DNA from: Sphingobium sp.
Lineage (GTDB): Bacteria; Pseudomonadota; Alphaproteobacteria; Sphingomonadales; Sphingomonadaceae
Direction: 5' to 3' (one strand)
DNA: 64,000 nucleotides
Assembly: GCF_023266575.1 (NCBI RefSeq)
Contig: NZ_JAHFPV010000001.1
The stretch's first letter is position 1. The number at the start of each line of letters is the position of its first letter. Below, piece by piece: positions 26,973-34,129 of this stretch. Made by a program: the position numbers and the translations under genes. Below the pieces are notes generated by a model that ran no database searches, had not been told where the DNA came from, and saw only the letters and a program-made list of their open reading frames with translations.

Positions 26973-27746
26973 TCAAGCTTCCTTCTCCTTGCACCAGTCT
27001 ATCCCCCGCCGCAGCAGATCGTAAAAGACTGGCAGGTCCCAGGCGCAGCGATCGACGGTGGGCCACCAGTCCAGAAATGGCTGCATGTCATAATGGCTGC
27101 GACAATGGCCTAGCGTGTTGTACAGCACCGCGCCCTTGCCCTGCGCCTTGATATACATCACGGGATGCCGGTCCTGCGCCCAGTCATGTTCGTCAAAGCC
27201 GGTCGCCTCGCCCGCAAATTCCGTGTCGAGCAGGACGTGCAGGTCGCCATGCCGCTCCATCAGATAGAGTTCGTCGGTGGTCTCGAACGGTGCGATGCCG
27301 CGCGTCAGTATATGGTCTGGGTCGGCCACATCGACCCGGTAGGGCGCGATCGGCGGGTGGGCGATGAACTGGCTGCCGAGTGTTTCCATCATCAGCGGCG
27401 CCCAGCGCGGGCTGCCATACAGCCCATTGTCGAACAGGCGCAGCACCGAATTGGTGCCGTGCAGCGCATACCAGCGCCCGCCGTCCTGCACCCACTGGCG
27501 CAGTGCTTCCTGCGCGGATAGCGACGGCACGACGTCGCAGGTATAGGTGATGAGCATATCGGCGGCGAGGATGGCGTCGAGATGGCCATAATCCTCGAAC
27601 ACGCGGGTCCGCACGCGCGGATCGTCGGCCAGCAGCTTGAGCAATTCCAGCCGGGCGAAATCCATGTCGTGATAGAGACCACCGACGATCAGCACACAAT
27701 TGATGCGGGCAGGCTGCGTCTCGCTCATCATTGCCGCCTCGCTCAA
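26973..27746 (-). CDS. ThuA-like (class-I glutamine-amidotransferase-fold) protein
   Basis: VLIVGGLYHDMDFARLELLKLL..., FIAHPPIAPYRVDVADPDHILTRGIAPFETTDELY, and PVMYIKAQGKGAVLYNTLGH resemble the ThuA family pattern as I remember it. Confidence 0.65.
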   Translation of the reverse strand: MSEAAMMSETQPARINCVLIVGGLYHDMDFARLELLKLLADDPRVRTRVFEDYGHLDAILAADMLITYTCDVVPSLSAQEALRQWVQDGGRWYALHGTNSVLRLFDNGLYGSPRWAPLMMETLGSQFIAHPPIAPYRVDVADPDHILTRGIAPFETTDELYLMERHGDLHVLLDTEFAGEATGFDEHDWAQDRHPVMYIKAQGKGAVLYNTLGHCRSHYDMQPFLDWWPTVDRCAWDLPVFYDLLRRGIDWCKEKEA

Positions 27747-28504
27747 TATTGCACGCCCTTGGTCAGGCCGCCGTCGATCAGCACATTGGCACCGGTCATG
27801 TAGCGGCAGGCGGGCGAGGCGATGAAGGCGATGGCCTTGGCCAGTTCCTCGCCCGTACCCATCCGGCCGAACGGGATTTGCCTGAGGATGCCATCATGGA
27901 AATCGGCCATATGTTCCTTGATATAGGCCCACGGACCGTCATCGGTATAGACCGGGCCAGGGGACACGCAATTGACCCGCAATCCCTGCGGCGCGTGCTT
28001 CTGCGCCAGCGCGGCGCTGTAGTTGATCACCGCGGCCTTCATCGCATTATAGGGCTGCGGCCCCATAAACTCCTCCAGCGCGCCGGTGGAGGATATGGTG
28101 ACGATCGACCCGGCATCGGATTGTTCCAGCGCGGGCAGGGCGGCGTGGATGCCGCGTACCAGCGGCAAAATGTCGCCGTTCAGCACCGTGGTCCAGGCTT
28201 CGGGCGTATCCACCCCCGGATTGACCGAGACGAAGGAAATGAAGATGTCGCACCCGCCCAATTGCTCAGCGGCGCTGGCGACCCAGTTGGGGAAGGCCTC
28301 CGCATCGGTCACGTCCACCGACGCGCCGATACCGCGCACGCCGAGCGCCTGCACTTCGGCGACGACCGTATCGACCTTGTCCTGCGTCCGCCCGCACAGC
28401 GCCACGTCGCAGCCCTCGGCGGCCAAGACCTTCGCTACCGCCCGGCCGATGCTGGCATTGGCGCCTGCCAATATGGCTTTGCGCCCTTTCAGACCAATGT
28501 CCAT
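27743..28504 (-). CDS. Short-chain dehydrogenase/reductase (SDR)
   Basis: Track ORF begins at TTG 28534. ATG 28504 (AAGGA 7 nt upstream) gives MDIGLKGRKAILAGANASIGRAVA... YNAMKAA supplies the YxxxK motif. The stop overlaps the ThuA-like start by 4 nt. Confidence 0.85.
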   Translation of the reverse strand: MDIGLKGRKAILAGANASIGRAVAKVLAAEGCDVALCGRTQDKVDTVVAEVQALGVRGIGASVDVTDAEAFPNWVASAAEQLGGCDIFISFVSVNPGVDTPEAWTTVLNGDILPLVRGIHAALPALEQSDAGSIVTISSTGALEEFMGPQPYNAMKAAVINYSAALAQKHAPQGLRVNCVSPGPVYTDDGPWAYIKEHMADFHDGILRQIPFGRMGTGEELAKAIAFIASPACRYMTGANVLIDGGLTKGVQY

Positions 28505-28668
28505 GACGGCATCCTTTTCCTGAATTTTCTTCAATCGACCGCCTGTTTACCGGCATATGTGTCGGGCTGCACTGGCAAAAGCGTCAGGGTAAGCTGGCCT
28601 GCTTAGCGATTGTGACAGGGCGACGGCGCGCCTTTTTGCGCTATGCAGAGGTCTCAAGCGGAGGGGCC

Positions 28669-30195
28669 ATGTCGAGCAGCGTCATCACTATAGCGGATCA
28701 TGTCCGGGCGCACGCCGCCGCGACGCCCGATGCCGTCGCCCTGATTTTCGAAAGGCGCGAAACCAGCTATGCTGCGCTCGACCGACAGGCGAGCCAAGTC
28801 GCCAATGCCCTGATCGCGGCGGGCTATGCGCCGGGTGATCGGGTCGCCTATCTCGGCAAGAATCGCGACGATTATTTCGGCTTCTGGCTGGGCGCGGCAA
28901 AGGCGGGCCTGGTCACCGTGCCGGTCAACTGGCGGCTCGCCCCGCCGGAGGTCGCCTATATAGTGGCCGATGCGCGCCCCTGCCTGATCCTGGTCGAACC
29001 GGAATTTCTCGATCGGGTGGCGGGGCAGGAGGCGACCATCCTGCTGACCGATCCCTGCGGCGATCACCTGATCTTTGCCGACTGGCGGGATGCGCAGTCC
29101 GACACTGATCCGCGCCGCGACGGCGGCTATGACGATGCAGTGCTGATGCTCTACACGTCCGGCACCACCGGCAAACCCAAGGGGGCGATGCTGTCCAACC
29201 GCAGCCTGCTGGGCCTGCGCGCGTCGGAGCCGGATTTGCCAGACTGGTATCGCTGGACCGCGGCGGACGTGTCGCTGATCGCCATGCCGATCTTCCACAT
29301 CAGCGGATCGGGATGGGGGCTGTGGACGCTTCAGCACGGCGCGAAGGGCGTTGTCGTGCCCGAGTTCGATCCCGCGCGCGTGCTGGACCTGCTCGTGACC
29401 TTCCGCATCAGCAAGATCATGCTGGTGCCGACCGCGCTGCGCATATTGTGCGATCATCCCGCTGCGGCTGATACGGATTTCAGCTTCCTGCGGACCATCT
29501 GCTATGGCGGATCGGCGATCCCGCTCGATCTGTTGCGGCAGGCGATTGCGGTGATCGGCTGCGGCTTTGCGCAAATGTACGGGATGACCGAAACCGCCGG
29601 CACCATCATCGGCCTGCCACCGCAGGACCATGATCCGCAGGGGAGCGAGCGGATGCGTGGCATCGGCCTGCCGCTGCCAGGCGTCAAGGTGCGGATCGCG
29701 GACGAGGGCGGTGATACGCTGCCGCCCGGCGCGATCGGCGAGATAGTGGTCGCATCGCAGGCCAATATGATCGGCTATTTCGACCGGCCCGACGCGACCG
29801 CCGAAGCGATCGACGCCGAGGGCTGGCTGCGCACCGGCGACGCGGGCTGGATGGACGCGGACGGCTATCTCTACCTGGCCGACCGGATCAAGGACATGAT
29901 CATCACCGGGGGCGAGAATGTCTATCCGGCGGAGGTGGAAAATGCGCTCTACAGCCACCCAGCCGTTGCCGATGTTGCGGTGATCGGCGTGCCGGACGCG
30001 AAGTGGGGGGAGGCGGTTAAGGCGATCGTCGTGCCGGTTGCGGGCGAGACGCCCGATCCCGCGACGCTCATCGCCTGGGCGCGTGAACGGATCGCGGCGT
30101 ATAAGGCACCCAAGACAGTGGAGTTTCGCACCGACCTGCCCCGTAACCCTTCGGGCAAGATTTTGCGCCGCCTTTTGCGCGACGAGTATCGGTAA
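28669..30195 (+). CDS. Acyl-CoA synthetase / AMP-dependent ligase
   Basis: Track ORF 28612..30195; ATG 28669 follows GGAGGGG. Motifs LYTSGTTGKPKGAMLS (AMP-binding P-loop), YGMTET, WLRTGDAGWMDADGYLYLADRIKDMI and PSGKILRR. Confidence 0.9.
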   Translation: MSSSVITIADHVRAHAAATPDAVALIFERRETSYAALDRQASQVANALIAAGYAPGDRVAYLGKNRDDYFGFWLGAAKAGLVTVPVNWRLAPPEVAYIVADARPCLILVEPEFLDRVAGQEATILLTDPCGDHLIFADWRDAQSDTDPRRDGGYDDAVLMLYTSGTTGKPKGAMLSNRSLLGLRASEPDLPDWYRWTAADVSLIAMPIFHISGSGWGLWTLQHGAKGVVVPEFDPARVLDLLVTFRISKIMLVPTALRILCDHPAAADTDFSFLRTICYGGSAIPLDLLRQAIAVIGCGFAQMYGMTETAGTIIGLPPQDHDPQGSERMRGIGLPLPGVKVRIADEGGDTLPPGAIGEIVVASQANMIGYFDRPDATAEAIDAEGWLRTGDAGWMDADGYLYLADRIKDMIITGGENVYPAEVENALYSHPAVADVAVIGVPDAKWGEAVKAIVVPVAGETPDPATLIAWARERIAAYKAPKTVEFRTDLPRNPSGKILRRLLRDEYR

Positions 30196-30256
30196 GACCT
30201 GCGATTTCCGGCAGGTTCGGGGCGTCCGGTCCCCGCCTATCCTCCCACAAAACAGA

Positions 30257-30706
30257 ATGAGGAGAGAGGTTTTGGCTGCGAATTTTCCTCGCAATTTTTC
30301 CGGCCCGCTGGAGGACCGGCTGGCCATTCGCGAACTGCTGGAAACCTATGCCGATGCGGTCAATCGCGTCGATCGCGATTTATGGGCCTCGCTCTGGGTA
30401 GAGGACAGCCACTGGGATCTGTCGCATTATCCTGAACTCGGTATCGTGTCGGGCAAGGACGCGATTGTCGATCTGTGGGCCAGCGCCATGCCCCATTATC
30501 CGCAGCTCAGCTTCCTGCTCAATCCCGGCATGATCCGGGTCGATGGCGACCGGGCGGAGGCGCGCGCCTATTTCTCCGAAGTCTATGCCGAGCCGGGCAC
30601 CGGCAAGGATAAGCGCGCGCGGGCCTGTTATAATGACAGGCTGGTGAAGCAGGACGGACAGTGGTTCTTCCAGAGCCGGTCCTTCACTATCATCCACCAG
30701 AGCTGA
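30257..30706 (+). CDS. SnoaL/NTF2-like fold protein
   Basis: LEDRLAIRELLETYADAVNRVDRDLWASLWVEDSHWDL...RVDGDRAEARAYFSEVY...YNDRLVKQDGQWFFQSRSF shows the SnoaL_4-like pattern. The start is uncertain (ATG 30257 lacks a clear RBS); the track start 30038 overlaps the ligase gene. Confidence 0.6.
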   Translation: MRREVLAANFPRNFSGPLEDRLAIRELLETYADAVNRVDRDLWASLWVEDSHWDLSHYPELGIVSGKDAIVDLWASAMPHYPQLSFLLNPGMIRVDGDRAEARAYFSEVYAEPGTGKDKRARACYNDRLVKQDGQWFFQSRSFTIIHQS

Positions 30707-30748
30707 CGATATTTCCGCCAGCTCGCTCTCCAGGAGCTGGGGAAATTG

Positions 30749-30781
30749 ACCCGGTCGCATCGCGCGACCGGGTTCTTTTTT
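30749..30781 (+). terminator. Rho-independent terminator (convergent gene pair)
   Basis: 10-bp perfect stem ACCCGGTCGC / GCGACCGGGT (30749-30773) with a 5-nt loop, then TCTTTTTTT. Confidence 0.8.
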
Positions 30782-30787
30782 AGGGTG

Positions 30788-31570
30788 TCAATGCGCCGTC
30801 ATGCCGCCGTCGATCACCAGTTCCGATCCGGTCACGAAACTGGCGGCAGGCGCGGCGAGATAGACGATGCCGTCGGCAATCTCCTGCGCGGTGCCCATCC
30901 GTCCCAGTGCATGGCCCGCTGATACCGTCGCCCGCGCGGTCGCTTCATCGGGGAAGGCGCCGGTTTCGACATAGCGGGCGTAGATGGTGTCCATCATATG
31001 GGTGTCGATGCCGCCGGGATGGACGCTATTGACGCGGATCGGCTGGCCGAGCGCGGCATATTCCAGCGCCGCGCATTTGCTGAACAGCCGCACCGCGCCC
31101 TTGGACGCGCAATAGGCCGACATGAACGGCGCGCCCGCCAGCCCGCCGACCGAGGACAGATTGATGATCGACGATCCGCCCCGCCGATCCGCGCCGCTGC
31201 GGGCGAGAAGGTCCGCCATGGCGCGGGTGCCCAGAAATATCCCCTCGACATTGATGCTCATGCACTTGCGAAAGGTCGCCAGGCTGGTTTTGGCGATCGT
31301 ATCGGTGACGGAAATTCCGGCATTATTCACCAATATGTCGAGCCGCCCATAGGTTGCCGCCACATGGTCCGCCAGCGCGGCCCAGCCCGCTTCGTCGGTC
31401 ACGTCGAGCGGTCGATAGTCCGCCGCGCCCCCCACCGTCGCGCTCGCCGCCATATCGGTCCCGATCACGGTCGCTCCGGCGTCGGCCAGCGCCTGAACGG
31501 TTGCCCCGCCGATCCCGCCACCGGCCCCGGTTACCAGCGCCACCGCGCCGCTCAGGTCAAAACTGCTCAT
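30788..31570 (-). CDS. Short-chain dehydrogenase/reductase (SDR)
   Basis: MSSFDLSGAVALVTGAGGGIGG..., NNAG, YCASKGA. ATG 31570 forms an ATGA overlap with the stop of the upstream SDR (31567). Confidence 0.9.
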   Translation of the reverse strand: MSSFDLSGAVALVTGAGGGIGGATVQALADAGATVIGTDMAASATVGGAADYRPLDVTDEAGWAALADHVAATYGRLDILVNNAGISVTDTIAKTSLATFRKCMSINVEGIFLGTRAMADLLARSGADRRGGSSIINLSSVGGLAGAPFMSAYCASKGAVRLFSKCAALEYAALGQPIRVNSVHPGGIDTHMMDTIYARYVETGAFPDEATARATVSAGHALGRMGTAQEIADGIVYLAAPAASFVTGSELVIDGGMTAH

Positions 31571-32376
31571 CGCGCCGTCCATCCTCCGTCCACCACGACC
31601 TCGCTGCCGGTCATGTAGCTGGCGTCATCGCTTGCCAGAAACGCAACCACCTTGCCGATCTCAATGGGTTGGGCCAGCCGCTTGACCGGTGTCGTCTGCG
31701 CCATCTGGTCGATCAAATCGTCCGCCGTTAGCGTTCCGTCGCGCGCGGCCCATCGCTCCATCCCCTGACGCAGCAGCGGCGTATCGACAAAGCCGGGATG
31801 CACGCTGTTGACGCGGATCGGGACGCCCGCATCGGCAAATTCCAGCGCATTGGACTTGCTGAACAGCCGCACCGCGCCCTTGGACGCATTATAGGCCGAC
31901 ACTTCCCCCATGCCGACCAGCCCCATGATCGAGCTGATATTGATGATGCTGGAGCCATAGGGGGTCGTCGCTCCGCTTTGGGCCAGCAGCGGCTGGAACG
32001 TCTTGGTGCCCAGGAACACCGTGTCCATGTTCAGCGTCATCAGTCGCCGCCAGGTCGCCAGTTCCAGATCCTGCACCTTGCCGGTCAGGTCCGCGCCGAC
32101 ATTATTGACCAATATGTCAAGCCGCCCATGCGCCGCCACCACCCGGTCGCGCGCGGCCTGCCATGCTTCCTCCAATGTCGCGTCCAGCCGGATATAGGAA
32201 CAGCCCGGCATTGCGGCGATCGCGGCGGCTACCGCCTCGCTATCCTCCGCATCCAGATCGGTGATGATCGTCGTCGCACCATCCGCGGCCAGGCATTGCG
32301 CTATGGCCCGCCCGATGCCCCGCAGCGCGCCCGATACCAGCGCCACCCGTCCGTCCAGCCGTCCCGCCATGGGCAT
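31567..32376 (-). CDS. Short-chain dehydrogenase/reductase (SDR)
   Basis: MPMAGRLDGRVALVSGALRGIGRAIA..., NNVG, YNASKGA. The track start 32496 is an unlikely extension; ATG 32376 or 32370 (AAGGA upstream) is preferred. Confidence 0.9.
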   Translation of the reverse strand: MPMAGRLDGRVALVSGALRGIGRAIAQCLAADGATTIITDLDAEDSEAVAAAIAAMPGCSYIRLDATLEEAWQAARDRVVAAHGRLDILVNNVGADLTGKVQDLELATWRRLMTLNMDTVFLGTKTFQPLLAQSGATTPYGSSIINISSIMGLVGMGEVSAYNASKGAVRLFSKSNALEFADAGVPIRVNSVHPGFVDTPLLRQGMERWAARDGTLTADDLIDQMAQTTPVKRLAQPIEIGKVVAFLASDDASYMTGSEVVVDGGWTAR

Positions 32377-32514
32377 TCCTTTCCCGTCATGCCCGCGCAG
32401 GGCCATGCTGCATCTTGTTGATCGACTTGTCGGCCCACTGGTCCTTCGCTTCACCTGCCGCTTTTTACAGGTTCGCACTATTCCCCAAGCGCGCATCTAG
32501 GCTGGAACAGGAGA

Positions 32515-32943
32515 GTGATTGCCATGGACTCGCACCGCTATGCCGCCATTCGCGCGATGGTCGAAAATCTCTATACCCTGACGGCTGCGGGCCGCTGGGA
32601 AGAGGCGGAGGCGATGATGACCGACGATTTCCGCATCCTGGAGGCTGACAGCCTGCCCTATGCCGGGGAATATCTGGGCAAGGGCGCGTTGCGCGATCTT
32701 TATACCAAGGTGTTTGCCTTCTGGGAGGATGCGTCGCTCGAAACCAGCGATATCGCCGTGTCGGAGGATCATGCGATCGTCATGCTGACCGTCCATGCTA
32801 CTTCACGCCACAATGGCCAGCGGCTGGCGATGCCGCTGTGCGAGGTATTTCATCTGCGCGGTGACAAGTTCAGTGGCATCACCCCCTATTATTTCGATAC
32901 AGCATCGATCGCGCGGGCGACCGGCACGCTGATGGCGGATTGA
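32515..32943 (+). CDS. SnoaL/NTF2-like (ketosteroid-isomerase-fold) protein
   Basis: IRAMVENLYTLTAAGRWEEAEAMMTDDFRILEAD...VMLTVHATSRHNGQRLAMPLCEVFHLRGDKFSGITPYY is a typical NTF2-like cone pattern; 142 aa; AGGAGA upstream. Confidence 0.65.
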   Translation: MIAMDSHRYAAIRAMVENLYTLTAAGRWEEAEAMMTDDFRILEADSLPYAGEYLGKGALRDLYTKVFAFWEDASLETSDIAVSEDHAIVMLTVHATSRHNGQRLAMPLCEVFHLRGDKFSGITPYYFDTASIARATGTLMAD

Positions 32944-32952
32944 GGACAAGAT

Positions 32953-33732
32953 ATGGCTGATCTTTCGGGCAAGGTGGCGATCGTCACCGGCGGCACATCG
33001 GGCATAGGCCGCGCGACCGTCCAGCGGCTGGCGCGGGATGGGGCGCAGGTCGTGTTCACCGGATCAAATGAGGATGCGGCCAGCACCCTGTGCGCGCAAA
33101 CCGGCGCGCATTTCGTCAAGGCGCGGGTGCAGGAGGAGCGCGACTGGGACAAGGTCGCCGCCTTCATCAGCGACAAGTTTGGCCGCCTCGACATCGCCTT
33201 TGCCAATGCGGGGACCGAAAGCGGCGACGGCAGCGTGGAATCGATCAGCATGGAAGGCTGGGCCGGGATCATCGGCGTCAACCAGACCGGGGTGATGCTG
33301 ACCGCCCGGACGGCGCTGCATCTGATGCGCGTCAATCCCGGCGGGCCGTGCGGGTCGATCATCATCAACTCGTCCATGTCGGCGCACAAGGTGATGGGCA
33401 ATTACATGGCCTATTCGGTGACCAAGGCGGCCGTGCTGGCCATGGCCAAGTCGGTCGCCATCCATTGCGCCACCGAAAAACTGCCGATCCGTTGCAACGC
33501 CATCCTGCCCGGCGTGGTGGAGACGGAGATGATCAGTGCCATCATCGCCAAGTCCGAGTCGCCCGAAGGCGCACGCGCGGCCTATAACAGCATGTCGCCG
33601 ATGGGCCGTATGGGCAGCGTCGAGGATATTGCCGCCCTCGTCGCCTTCCTCGCATCCGACGAGGCCGGTTTCATTTCCGGCGCGGAATATGCCATTGACG
33701 GCGCATCGACGGCCGGGATGACCGGGGTGTGA
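32953..33732 (+). CDS. Short-chain dehydrogenase/reductase (SDR)
   Basis: KVAIVTGGTSGIGRA, ANAG, YSVTKAA; 259 aa. Confidence 0.9.
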   Translation: MADLSGKVAIVTGGTSGIGRATVQRLARDGAQVVFTGSNEDAASTLCAQTGAHFVKARVQEERDWDKVAAFISDKFGRLDIAFANAGTESGDGSVESISMEGWAGIIGVNQTGVMLTARTALHLMRVNPGGPCGSIIINSSMSAHKVMGNYMAYSVTKAAVLAMAKSVAIHCATEKLPIRCNAILPGVVETEMISAIIAKSESPEGARAAYNSMSPMGRMGSVEDIAALVAFLASDEAGFISGAEYAIDGASTAGMTGV

Positions 33733-33875
33733 TCTAGCCTGCGGTGCGGGCGAAGATTGCCCGACCGAAAAACCGACATCCGATGGTCTTGGCCAGCCGG
33801 CTTACCCGCTGCGCGCCGGAACGGGTGCTGGTAATCAGCTTGCGATAAGTTGCAAGGTTTGACAGACTAGTTAGG

Positions 33876-33905
33876 TTGATTCGAAGATAAGCATACCGCA
33901 ATAAT
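33876..33905 (+). promoter_or_regulatory. Candidate sigma70-like promoter upstream of the giant gene
   Basis: TTGATT (33876-33881), an 18-nt spacer, then AATAAT (33900-33905), inside the only AT-rich patch (about 33840-33950) of the 400-bp intergenic region. Identified by eye only. Confidence 0.25.
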
Positions 33906-34129
33906 TCGCGGTCAGGTTTCCACGGAAAATGTTGAGAAAAAGCGGGTCGCGTCGCTCACGTTCTGGTTGCCCCGGCATCAACTAGCCGGCGTGACAGGAA
34001 CGGTCGTCCGCGTTGCCGGTTCCGCTGTTCGACGGTCCGACCGGTTCAACGGAGGGTATGTTCCACCCTCTTGTCCCAAAACAGGACAACAGACGATTAT
34101 TTCAGTCTGGATGCCGTTTTGGGGGGGCT

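Noticed and set aside
25383-30327. ORFs 25383..26543(-) and 28654..30327(-), of 386 and 557 aa
   Set aside because: They are antisense to the ACAD (25500..26594) and the AMP-dependent ligase (28669..30195), both with diagnostic motifs.
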